A stretch of 62,952 bases of DNA from Desulfobacterales bacterium (GCA_046483495.1 JAWODC010000021.1:1-62952); one strand, 5' to 3'; numbered from the stretch's first letter, positions 9,910 through 19,068 are shown. The notes: generated by a model not told the origin, from the sequence alone. Made by a program: numbers and translations.

Positions 9910-10134
9910 TTATCCGCCGCCGATTTTCGGAAGCATGATAATCTTTTCGGCACGCGCATTGAAAGACACGATTTTTTTCCCCTCCCCATCCCCGTTCTGC
10001 ATGTGAAAAGCGGAATATCCCTCATCGAGAAATTGATTGAAGCACTGTTTTACCCTTTCGGTTTCAGCCTCGTTTTCGGGTGTCCAGGTTAATGTTCGGG
10101 TTCCTGAGGGAGTTAGTATGGATAATTCACCCAT
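9910..10134 (-). CDS. Small protein ending in GGG; probable beta-grasp (ubiquitin/MoaD-like) fold
   Basis: 74 aa; pattern beta-beta-alpha-beta-beta-beta; C-terminus KIIMLPKIGGG. Confidence 0.65.
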   Translation of the reverse strand: MGELSILTPSGTRTLTWTPENEAETERVKQCFNQFLDEGYSAFHMQNGDGEGKKIVSFNARAEKIIMLPKIGGG

Positions 10135-10340
10135 GACATGCGTGCCTTTACGGATTGAAAAAGAATTTTGTCGTTTTTACCATAAATCAGACCGATATGC
10201 AAAATATTTGGACGCATCTGCCCGCGTAACCGATTAAAACAATTCCATTTTTATTTGAAAGAATCGGATTGTATGTTGTTATAAACAAACCTTTTTGGAT
10301 TTTTTATGACTTTAAAGCAAACAGCATATTCATGCAACGT

Positions 10341-10865
10341 CTAAAACCAACCAAGAATAACGAAAAGGTAAGCCAAGCCAAAACCGCAACCCGCCCCGAT
10401 GAAAAAAGCGGCCGCGCGTTCACGGGTCAACACCAGGCGAGGTTTCCGGCCCTCGACAAGCAGCTCTTCGGGTATTTTCAGAAACCGCAACAACCGAAGG
10501 GCGCCTAAGGGCTTGCTCATCGGTATCTTTTCGATTTTTATCTCTCCGGACATCACCCCCTTGAAAGGATTTATTTTTCCCGAAAGAACATCCGCAAGGG
10601 TCATATAGGAACTTTTTAAATGCAGGTGGGCATTGCCCGAGACGCCGTTCTGAATCACAATGCGATCCGGCGAAAAAGAAATGGTGGTGGCAATGCCTTT
10701 TTCCACCTCCACGGAGGTAACGATATTCAGCCGCCGCGCCTGCCTGACTTTATCGTCGAATTCATCGAGATTCTGCTCCAGATACTGCCCGATCATCATG
10801 CCCAGGCCGTTTGTCTTTTCGTCTTTCACAAAATCAACAGGTATTGTTTTTTCATGATCCGTCAT
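10341..10865 (-). CDS. SCP2-like lipid-binding domain protein with C-terminal membrane anchor
   Basis: LADVLSGKINPFKGVMSGEIKI resembles the SCP2 signature; hydrophobic tail AAAFFIGAGCGFGLAYLFVILGWF; AAAGGA RBS before ATG 10865. Confidence 0.7.
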   Translation of the reverse strand: MTDHEKTIPVDFVKDEKTNGLGMMIGQYLEQNLDEFDDKVRQARRLNIVTSVEVEKGIATTISFSPDRIVIQNGVSGNAHLHLKSSYMTLADVLSGKINPFKGVMSGEIKIEKIPMSKPLGALRLLRFLKIPEELLVEGRKPRLVLTRERAAAFFIGAGCGFGLAYLFVILGWF

Positions 10866-10883
10866 CTGCCCAGGTCCTTTGTT

Positions 10884-11010
10884 CCCGATGGAGTAATTTA
10901 CTGCCTTTCCCCGTGAAAAAGAACATGCCGGATGAACCTTGGGGAAGTATTCATCCGGCGTGCTTCCTGTTTTTTTGTGCCGGCAAACTGCAGTAAAAAC
11001 CTGAATCGGG
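10884..11010. other. Long imperfect intergenic stem-loop
   Basis: Nested inverted pairs cccgat/atcggg, tttactgc/gcagtaaa, catgccggatgaa/ttcatccggcgtg. Confidence 0.55.
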
Positions 11011-11016
11011 GCACGA

Positions 11017-12648
11017 CTAATAGCCGCGGCCCGTCTTCTCCCAGCATTTTTCAAGACCGAAGTCCTCTGCTACAATCTTGAAGCAGTTGTATCCGGTGGC
11101 GCTGCTGGCACCGCCTCCCGGATGCATGTAAGGACCGCAAAGGTAAAGGCCTTCTATTTCGGTCCGGTATTGATTTGCTTCCGGAAACGGCCGGTTGGGG
11201 CCCAGCTGATGAAGTTTCATGGCCCCGTTCATGAAGTCCCCTTCCATAAGCCGCATCTCGTCTTCCTGATCCAGTGGCGTATAGAAGTAGTGATCGATCA
11301 CATTGTCCCATGTCATATTGGGCGCCCACTTTTCAAATCGCCGGATGAACTTGTCATTATGAGTCGCGCGGACTTCTTCCCACTCCTCGCGGGTATGCAG
11401 GCTGGCTTTCGGCATAAAGAACCACCCGGTCAGGCTGTGTTTTCCCGGAGGGGCGTAGGTCGGATCCCACAGGCTGTTCACCCAGGTTCCGGCGCCGGGT
11501 ATTCTGGGAATTCTTCCATAAACGGCATCCATGCAGTATTCCAGTATTTGGGCATTCGTATCGAATCCCACTACCGTGTAAAATGTCTTGTTGATGTCGG
11601 GGTTCCACTTGGCGCTCTTGTAGTCCGGGGCCTCATGAAGAGCAAGGGCCGTGGAGGCCAGAATGGAGCTCGGACCGATCTGAAAATCGTTTGCCCTTTT
11701 TCGCCACAGCGGGCTCAAGTTTTCTTCTCCCACCATCTTGAGCAGGGTGGCTTTTAAATCCGCGTTGGAGGCGACCAGTTTTCTGGCGTGCACTTCCGTG
11801 CCGTCCTTTAACTGAACGCCGACCGCCCTTTTCCCGTCCAGCAGTATTTTGACCACCTCGCTGCTTTCAAACACCTCCATGCCTTCGTTAACACCTGCCA
11901 TCTCCATGCCGTGAGCCAGGGTATGGGTGCCGCCCACCATCAGCCGCCAGTTGAAATACAGGTTGAAAATCGTCAGAGCGCTGAGCCCGGCCCCCTCTCT
12001 TTCAAGGGGTGAGCACCATTCAACAGCCATTCTGTTGAGCAGCGTTTTCAGCTCATCGGTTTCGAACAGGTAATCATAGACATCCGGCGGGGCCATATTG
12101 TTGATAAATGTCGGCAGGCCGAGATGCTGGCACATCATCTCTCTGGCCTCGATCTCCGGATTCGGATTTTCCGGTGTGGGCTGCGTTGCGGGGCTGTAGA
12201 TCATCATGGCGAACATATCTTCCACCATCATGATCTTTTTGGTGATGTCCACGAAGGTTTCCGCATCCTGCTTTGAATATTCGGCAATGGATTTGTAAGT
12301 CTTATCGAAATTCTCCTCATGCTCCTTGCTGTAAATTACGATGGGGGGACGTCCATCGGAAAAAGCGATGCCGGATTGGGCATGGGGGTATATGAAGCGC
12401 GCACCCAACTGCTCCAGGTTAAAGTCATAGTATATCGGCATCCAGTCCATAAACTCCATATACTGCGCGTGGAGATTGTGCATAAAACCGGGGGCCGTGC
12501 ATTCAGACGTGAAAATGGCGCTGCCCTCTTCGTGCCTGCGTTCAAAAATCGCGGTTTTCATACCGGAACGCTGCAGGTAGGCTCCCAATGTCAGTCCCAT
12601 GTTGCCCGCACCGATGATAATGGCATCATATTCTTTTTTAATCTGCAT
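11017..12648 (-). CDS. COG1233 (phytoene dehydrogenase-like) FAD oxidoreductase
   Basis: DAIIIGAGNMG, PGFMHNLHA, GGTHTLAH, YRTEIEGLYLCG..HPGGG. Confidence 0.9.
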   Translation of the reverse strand: MQIKKEYDAIIIGAGNMGLTLGAYLQRSGMKTAIFERRHEEGSAIFTSECTAPGFMHNLHAQYMEFMDWMPIYYDFNLEQLGARFIYPHAQSGIAFSDGRPPIVIYSKEHEENFDKTYKSIAEYSKQDAETFVDITKKIMMVEDMFAMMIYSPATQPTPENPNPEIEAREMMCQHLGLPTFINNMAPPDVYDYLFETDELKTLLNRMAVEWCSPLEREGAGLSALTIFNLYFNWRLMVGGTHTLAHGMEMAGVNEGMEVFESSEVVKILLDGKRAVGVQLKDGTEVHARKLVASNADLKATLLKMVGEENLSPLWRKRANDFQIGPSSILASTALALHEAPDYKSAKWNPDINKTFYTVVGFDTNAQILEYCMDAVYGRIPRIPGAGTWVNSLWDPTYAPPGKHSLTGWFFMPKASLHTREEWEEVRATHNDKFIRRFEKWAPNMTWDNVIDHYFYTPLDQEDEMRLMEGDFMNGAMKLHQLGPNRPFPEANQYRTEIEGLYLCGPYMHPGGGASSATGYNCFKIVAEDFGLEKCWEKTGRGY

Positions 12649-12667
12649 GTTATCTTTCCTCCTTTAC

Positions 12668-14275
12668 CTAAATTTCGATCCACCATTTTTCGAGTCCGTA
12701 ATCATCCGCAATCACCTGCAGAGCGTTGTATCCCGGACCGAAAGTGATAAACCCGTGAGGGTGGGTCGTGGATCCGCAAAGGTATAACCCGTCAATGGGG
12801 GTCTTATATTGGGACATTTTGGGTGTGGGGCGGTTTCCCATGAGGTTGTCCTCGCAAATCCGCCCGACCATCCAGTCGCCTTTTTTCATATTGGTGAGCT
12901 TTTCGGATATATCCAGGGGCGTGTATGGTTTTGCCTGTAATATATCTTCTGCCGTAAAGTTGTCGCAGTACTTCTCCATGGTGCGAATACAGCGATTGGA
13001 ATACGCATTTTTAAAATTCGAAGCCCATATGCCTGGCCCTTTGCCGTCCACCTCATAAGGAACCAGTGCACGTATGACACCGGTGGCTTTGCCCTCGGGA
13101 GCGTCGGTGGGATCGAACAGCGAATTGATGGCTACATTGAGTTTGGGATTCTCCGGGACTTTTCCGCTTCGAATATCTTTCCAGTCATTATTAAAGTCCT
13201 CCAGGCACTCGTATCCCATGTTCAGCACCCAGGCGTTATTGATATCCGGATCGAAGCCCGCCGCTTTATAGGTGGGTATTTTGTGCATCGCCATGTGAAC
13301 GGAAAAGAGGGTCCCGTCCTGGTATTCGTATGCATCCAGGTCCGTTTTAATGTCGGAGGGCAGTGCATCCGCGGGGAGCATTTTATCGAATGTCTGTTCC
13401 AGATCCAGGCTGCTCGCCACCAGCTTATCGGCATAAAATTCTTTCCCGTCACTGGTGCGGACGCCGACGGCACGGCCGTTATCCAGAATAATTTCTTCTA
13501 CCGGAGACGCCATTCTCAAAGTGACATTGTTTCTCCGCATTTGCCGCCATAAAGTGTGAGCCAGGCGATGGGAGCCGCCGACGCACAGCCGCCAATTATC
13601 GATTTTTCCCAGCATGAACGGGAAGGAAATGGCCAGTCCAACCAGATCGGTGTAGTAGCCGCAGACTGCGGCGTGAAAGGCCAGCATTGCTTTTACCTTC
13701 TCATTTTCGAAGTGCTTGTCCAAAAAGTCATTGATGCTCATGGATCTCAGGCGCGCACGGAAAAACTCGGTTTTATCTTCGACCTTCCAGACGCTCAATG
13801 CCTTGGTGATGTCGTTGACATCGATGGGGGGTGCATACATCAGCGTACTGATCATCAGGTCCTGGAAACCTTTGACTTCTTTGTACAGCCTTTGGAATGT
13901 GTCGGCGTCTTTTTTTGAAAAACGGCTCATGGATGCGTGGGTTTTGCTCATGTCCGAGTGAATGGTCATGGCGGTGCCGTCTTCGAATATGGACCCCATC
14001 TGCACCGGCGGAAATGCATACTTTACGCCGTCGGGTTCCCCCACCAGGCCCAGATCGTCATATACGGGGCACAATCCCACGAATGTATGGTAGTTGCTGT
14101 GGAGGTTGTGCAAAAAGCCGGGCCGGGTGTAATGTTCCGTGCAGAGCCCGCCGCCTTCCTCCAATCTTCTTTCCAGAACCAGCACACGCCATCCACTCTT
14201 TCCGAGATAAATAGAAAGCGCCATGCCGTTATGACCGGCTCCCACAATAATGGCATCATAGGTTTCTTTTTCCAT
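12668..14275 (-). CDS. COG1233 (phytoene dehydrogenase-like) FAD oxidoreductase
   Basis: DAIIVGAGHNG, PGFLHNLHS, GGSHRLAH, YKTPIDGLYLCGSTTHP. Confidence 0.9.
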   Translation of the reverse strand: MEKETYDAIIVGAGHNGMALSIYLGKSGWRVLVLERRLEEGGGLCTEHYTRPGFLHNLHSNYHTFVGLCPVYDDLGLVGEPDGVKYAFPPVQMGSIFEDGTAMTIHSDMSKTHASMSRFSKKDADTFQRLYKEVKGFQDLMISTLMYAPPIDVNDITKALSVWKVEDKTEFFRARLRSMSINDFLDKHFENEKVKAMLAFHAAVCGYYTDLVGLAISFPFMLGKIDNWRLCVGGSHRLAHTLWRQMRRNNVTLRMASPVEEIILDNGRAVGVRTSDGKEFYADKLVASSLDLEQTFDKMLPADALPSDIKTDLDAYEYQDGTLFSVHMAMHKIPTYKAAGFDPDINNAWVLNMGYECLEDFNNDWKDIRSGKVPENPKLNVAINSLFDPTDAPEGKATGVIRALVPYEVDGKGPGIWASNFKNAYSNRCIRTMEKYCDNFTAEDILQAKPYTPLDISEKLTNMKKGDWMVGRICEDNLMGNRPTPKMSQYKTPIDGLYLCGSTTHPHGFITFGPGYNALQVIADDYGLEKWWIEI

Positions 14276-14390
14276 AAGAAAGCCTCCCTTTTTTTAATAA
14301 ACCATATTGGAATTATTTACGCTAAAAAGAAAAAACACCGCATGGCAAGAAAACGTCGCCGATTGTCCACGCAGGCTTCTCATTCGGTAC

Positions 14391-14840
14391 TCAATTGTCG
14401 TAAGGCGGTTTTCCCTTAGGCCAGTCGGTCAGATCACTGGACTTATACACGTCAAAAATGATGTTTGCCAAATCGGCATTCTGCATTAAAAGCCGCATGT
14501 CGCCACGGATGGTCAGCGTTCCGTCAAGACCTTTTTCAATGGGGTCCATGAGGCCCGCCGCCATACTTTCGAACACCTCGGCAGGACCCGATATCCTGTA
14601 GTTCAAGCCTTTTCCGGGAATCTTTTCCTTCGTGGGCTTCAGTTCGACAATCTTTCCGTCCACCATGTGCACGAAAAAGTATTTGTGGTCTCCCTTAGGT
14701 ATATACGGTGACTTGCCGTCTCCCTCGATCTCGATGGCGACCTTCCATTCCCCTTTGGGAACTTTAGACGACAGGTCATCGCGGCTGTTGGCTAATGCGA
14801 GCATCGCATCGTACCATTCCTCGGTAAAAATATCCGGCAT
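14391..14840 (-). CDS. SCP2 sterol/lipid-binding domain protein
   Basis: IFTEEWY N-terminus; FESMAAGLMDPIEKGLDGTLTIRGDMRLLM SCP2 signature. Confidence 0.8.
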   Translation of the reverse strand: MPDIFTEEWYDAMLALANSRDDLSSKVPKGEWKVAIEIEGDGKSPYIPKGDHKYFFVHMVDGKIVELKPTKEKIPGKGLNYRISGPAEVFESMAAGLMDPIEKGLDGTLTIRGDMRLLMQNADLANIIFDVYKSSDLTDWPKGKPPYDN

Positions 14841-14891
14841 GTCTTCCCTCCTTTTTTCTTCGTTTTTTCTTGTATAAGGTGAGCACGTGTA

Positions 14892-15545
14892 CTAAATCTC
14901 CCCATATCCTTTATAGGTAATGTTGAGATGATTTTCCGAGCTTTTATTGACGATCCCGTAGAGCACCAGGTTTACGATCTCTTTGGTCATTTCCCGCACG
15001 GAGATCATTTCCGGCATAAAAAAAATCCGTTTGATGAACATCATGTAGATCTGGGCAAGCAGTTCGGAAATATAGTCGACATTGAACTCCCTGAACCGTT
15101 TCTCACTGATTCCCTTTTTCAGACTCCGGATGAGCATGGTTTTTCCAAACTCATGGACCTGCATGTACTGCTGAAGATTTTCAGCTGAAAAGCTTTCCTC
15201 CTGGGGCCGAAGCAGCAGGTCCCTGTCGTTGATCAGTATCGATCTCAAATCGCCGTCTTTTGCGATATATTCGAAACCGGCTTCTGACATGGCAATTATT
15301 TGCATAACGACATCGTTTTCCCGCTGAAGGGCATCCACCATGTATTTTTCGAATTTGAAAATGGCATGAAGAACCGATTTTTCGTAAAGGTCTCTTTTAT
15401 TTTTGACATATAAATAAATATTGCCCTGGGTCATTCCGAGTTCACCGGCGATATCCCGCATGGATGTTTTTTTATATCCGAACTTCGCAAATACGGAGAA
15501 CGCGGATTCGTAGATCTGTTCCAGTGAATACTGTTTATTTTTCAT
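14892..15545 (-). CDS. TetR/AcrR-family regulator
   Basis: FAKFGYKKTSMRDIAGELGMTQGNIYLYVKNKRDL HTH. Confidence 0.93.
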   Translation of the reverse strand: MKNKQYSLEQIYESAFSVFAKFGYKKTSMRDIAGELGMTQGNIYLYVKNKRDLYEKSVLHAIFKFEKYMVDALQRENDVVMQIIAMSEAGFEYIAKDGDLRSILINDRDLLLRPQEESFSAENLQQYMQVHEFGKTMLIRSLKKGISEKRFREFNVDYISELLAQIYMMFIKRIFFMPEMISVREMTKEIVNLVLYGIVNKSSENHLNITYKGYGEI

Positions 15546-15581
15546 CGGCTTGGACGTTTGATCGAACCGGGTTCGAGGATG

Positions 15582-15645
15582 GTGAACAAATGAACAAAAA
15601 GTTTCTTTATTCATTTCTTTAGTTCACATAGTGGGCGTTTGTCAA
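15582..15645 (-). promoter_or_regulatory. Imperfect palindrome (candidate TetR operator) next to a TTGACA -35
   Basis: gtgaacaaatgaa...ttcattt...gttcac (15582-15627); TTGACA on the minus strand at 15645-15640. Confidence 0.45.
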
Positions 15646-15737
15646 TATATTTTTTTATTGTTTTAAACAAAAAAATTAAATTCATTAATTGGATGGATTT
15701 ACAATTTACAAGAAGAATGCCCGTTTCGTGATACTTT

Positions 15738-16826
15738 TTATTTCAGGGCTTTCTCGAAGGCACTGATGAAATCAGCGGGAGTGGTCCCGGTGATTTCAAC
15801 ATCGTCTCGGTTGAATATATCCGTTACGGCTCTCGCGATGAGATGGGAATCACACTTCATGTGCCGAATGGCGTTTTCCATTTCTGTAAGAACCGTATTC
15901 GGGGCCGGATGAAAATCCCCCGTAATGATGATGTCACAAACCGTGTTATCCTTTATGAGCAGCGTAAATCGGATCAGGCCGGCGAGCGCTTTATGACGCC
16001 CCTCCTTTTTTATAGAACCCCTGGGTATTTTTTTAAAACGGCGAATTTCGGAATTGGCGAAGAACCAATCATCGGAGGTATAGCGCTTTTGATACGCTTC
16101 GGAATAGGCGTTTTCGACGGCTGAAACTGCGGATGGAACAAGGGTAAGCGATGGGCCGAAAAGGCCGTGGACCGTGCTCTGCGTAAGGTCCAACAGCTCC
16201 TTTTCCGTAACATTTCGCCCCAGTTCTTCATTCAGGCAGGTGAAGCGCCGGCCGACCCCCTTGATTTTTTTGTCTTTTATTTTCTCAGGCGCCACCCTGA
16301 TGGCTCTGTCCATTACCCCGCGGTCCGTCGGACAAACATTGATCATGCACCGGATGGTGAGAATTTTTTTCTCCATTCTGGCGGATGAAGCGACAATTTT
16401 TCTGCCGGCCACCTCCACATCGTTCAAAGGACGGTGAACGGCATCGACGCCGAACAAATCCCTGATCGAATGCGACAGTCGGGGCAGCGTCAGACCAAAG
16501 GCGTCCCGAATGGTTTTCATCGGCGCCCGTTCATGATCGGTATCCAGGTAAAACACCAAAAATGCGCACCCATGAGCACCGAGCACCGCACCGCCTCCAT
16601 TCTGTCGTCTGCGGACAATGATATTCTCCCGCCTGCAGAAATCGAGATCCATGCTTTTTACCGGATCATCGAAATATCCGACGGTAAAACTGTCTCCATC
16701 GAAGATATTCAAGACCACTGTGTCCGGTGCTTGTCTGCATTCCAGGGCGAGTTCGATAGCCGGAGAAACACTCGTTGAAAAATCAGCGTAATTATAGGCG
16801 GTGCGAATGAATCGGATGTCGGCCAT
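15738..16826 (-). CDS. Lipoate-protein ligase A family
   Basis: RRRQNGGGAV, NDVEVAGRKI, C-terminal IIITGDF domain. Confidence 0.9.
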   Translation of the reverse strand: MADIRFIRTAYNYADFSTSVSPAIELALECRQAPDTVVLNIFDGDSFTVGYFDDPVKSMDLDFCRRENIIVRRRQNGGGAVLGAHGCAFLVFYLDTDHERAPMKTIRDAFGLTLPRLSHSIRDLFGVDAVHRPLNDVEVAGRKIVASSARMEKKILTIRCMINVCPTDRGVMDRAIRVAPEKIKDKKIKGVGRRFTCLNEELGRNVTEKELLDLTQSTVHGLFGPSLTLVPSAVSAVENAYSEAYQKRYTSDDWFFANSEIRRFKKIPRGSIKKEGRHKALAGLIRFTLLIKDNTVCDIIITGDFHPAPNTVLTEMENAIRHMKCDSHLIARAVTDIFNRDDVEITGTTPADFISAFEKALK

Positions 16827-16836
16827 ATGCAGTTCC

Positions 16837-18045
16837 TTAGAATTTCCGTCCTTTACGACGGTCGATTACCGGCGCGCCCTGTTCAAGGTGCTCGGTGGTG
16901 GTGATCCGATTGAACGCCAGAAGCGTTTCCTGTTTAAGGCGCTTTGAAAGCTCTTCAATGCCGGGATCCAGAGGCCTTGCCGTTTCAATTACCAATGAAA
17001 GCACGTCAACACCGTTTTCTTCTTCTACCACGACCCTGTAATTGCCCGTCGCTCCGGTAAATGCGCGAAGAACGGTGCCCACCTGGGACGGCCAAAACTT
17101 CACACCCTTTATTTTCAACATCTCATCGGTTCTGCCGATAATGCTTTTGGGAAGCGTGTATTCCCTGCCGCAGCCGCATTTGCCTTTTTCCAGGATGGTC
17201 AGATCACCGGTGCGGTATCGCAGCAGGGGAGCGGCGTCTTTTGCGAGGTGCGTCAGCACCAGTTCCCCTTTCTTTCCGAACGGCAGGCGCTCGCCGGAAA
17301 CCGGATCGATGACTTCCGCATATACGAATTCGTCCATGATATGAAGTCCGGCTTCATATCGGCAGCTTCTGGCAATCGGAAGGCATGCCGCCATGCTGTA
17401 GGAATCGATAATGGCAATGTCTCTTCCAAATGCTTCCCGAACCTTTTGGGAATATCCCTTGACCGAAGTGAACGGCTCTCCGCCCACAAAAAGAATGTTA
17501 ACCGTGGGAACCCCCATTGCGGCAAGTTTCATGGCGAAGGTGGGATTTGAAATCAAAACGGTTACCCCCCACTCATTGATCAATTTTACGGCCCGCTCCG
17601 ACTCTCCCGGTCCGAGCGGCATGACCTTTGCACCATAGGCTTCGAGTTGAGACTGGTAAAAAAGCCCTGCAACGAATAGATGATACCCGAAGGTTACGGC
17701 ACAGATATCCCGCTTCGTAACACCGGCATCGGCCAAACTCCTGCCGCAGACCCGGTGCATCAAATCCAAATCGTTTTTGGTGTGGTAAACCGGATACAAT
17801 TCGCTTCCGGAAGGTGAAAAATTGATTCGGGTCACCCCTTCAGGAAAAAGAGAACAGTTTTCCGGCGGTTTCTTCAGCTCATCGAACAGTTCGGCAGGCG
17901 TTGTAAACGGAATCTTGTCAAAATCGTCCAGGGTAAGCATATCTTCCGGGCGAATGTTTCCATCTTCGAGCTTTTTTTTGTAAAACGCCATGCCCGAGAC
18001 TTTTTTAATCTGCTGCTGCAGTTGGAGCGGTGTTGCGTTGTTCAT
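16837..18045 (-). CDS. Phenylacetate-CoA ligase (PaaK)-family adenylating enzyme
   Basis: GELVLTHL, PLLRYRTGD, GRTDEMLKIKGVKFWPSQV. Confidence 0.88.
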   Translation of the reverse strand: MNNATPLQLQQQIKKVSGMAFYKKKLEDGNIRPEDMLTLDDFDKIPFTTPAELFDELKKPPENCSLFPEGVTRINFSPSGSELYPVYHTKNDLDLMHRVCGRSLADAGVTKRDICAVTFGYHLFVAGLFYQSQLEAYGAKVMPLGPGESERAVKLINEWGVTVLISNPTFAMKLAAMGVPTVNILFVGGEPFTSVKGYSQKVREAFGRDIAIIDSYSMAACLPIARSCRYEAGLHIMDEFVYAEVIDPVSGERLPFGKKGELVLTHLAKDAAPLLRYRTGDLTILEKGKCGCGREYTLPKSIIGRTDEMLKIKGVKFWPSQVGTVLRAFTGATGNYRVVVEEENGVDVLSLVIETARPLDPGIEELSKRLKQETLLAFNRITTTEHLEQGAPVIDRRKGRKF

Positions 18046-18291
18046 CAGGAGACCTTTCATTGGAAATGAGAACATGTGGGCACACAAAGAAACCACACAC
18101 TACCATCATTGTGGAATTTTTCAAGAGCCTATAAGCGGACCGATTTTGCGAATGAACCGTGCATCTCCACCTTGATTTTATAAAAATTCGTTATTAAATT
18201 AGTTTATTTGAGCCATGTTTGGAAACGGCTGTGTTTTCCCATGGAAGCTGTTATTCAGTAATTCGATATGAAAATGCCGGAGGGATAGTCG

Positions 18292-19068
18292 ATGAAAATA
18301 ATTATCAGCGGTAAAGGCGGCAGCGGAAAAAGCACCATATCCACGTTAATCGCCAGAGCCCTGGCAAACCGAGGATACCGGGTTTTGCTGGTGGATGCCG
18401 ATGAATCCAACTACGGACTGCAGCGGCTGCTCGGGGTTTCTTCCCCGGTTCATCTCATGGATCATTTCGGCGGGAAAAAACATTTCAAACAAAACTGGAT
18501 GGGCACGGCAAGCAACGGCCTCTTCAGAAACAACACCGCCATCGATGCCATTCCCGAAGAATGCCTTTCACGTACGAACGGCGTTTATCTGATGGTGGTC
18601 GGCAAAATACATGCACACGGCGAGGGGTGCGCCTGCCCCATGGGGATATTATCGAAATCCGTACTTTCGAAACTCGATGTAAAGGATAATGAGATCGTAA
18701 TCGTGGATACGGAAGCCGGTGTTGAGCATTTCGGTCGGCGTGTCGACGGTGAATGCGATCTGATCCTGGGGATCGTCGATCCCTCTTTTGAATCCTTCAT
18801 GCTGGCAAAAAAAATGAGGGATATGGCTGAAGCCGCCGGCTGCGAGTTTCATGTTATGCTGAACAAATCCTCTCAGGCGGTCGAAGCGGCCATGGCCAAG
18901 CACATTCCGGTGGAAGACGTTATTGCAAAAATCCCTCAAAGCGATGCGGTCTTTATGGACAGTCTCCAGGGAAATCCATTAAGCGCCGGATTCGAAGAAA
19001 TCGATGCTGTCTGCGACCTGATCGAAAAGCGAAAAAAAGAGCCGAGGCAAAAACCGCTGTTTATCTAA
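18292..19068 (+). CDS. cooC: CooC-type nickel-insertion ATPase
   Basis: SGKGGSGKST deviant Walker A, GEGCACPMG, DTEAGVEHFGR. Confidence 0.9.
   Translation: MKIIISGKGGSGKSTISTLIARALANRGYRVLLVDADESNYGLQRLLGVSSPVHLMDHFGGKKHFKQNWMGTASNGLFRNNTAIDAIPEECLSRTNGVYLMVVGKIHAHGEGCACPMGILSKSVLSKLDVKDNEIVIVDTEAGVEHFGRRVDGECDLILGIVDPSFESFMLAKKMRDMAEAAGCEFHVMLNKSSQAVEAAMAKHIPVEDVIAKIPQSDAVFMDSLQGNPLSAGFEEIDAVCDLIEKRKKEPRQKPLFI

Noticed and set aside
6449..14275. Carotenoid biosynthesis cluster
   Set aside because: No phytoene synthase, GGPP synthase or cyclase genes in the window; the neighbours (AOR, SCP2, TetR) point to catabolism or modification.
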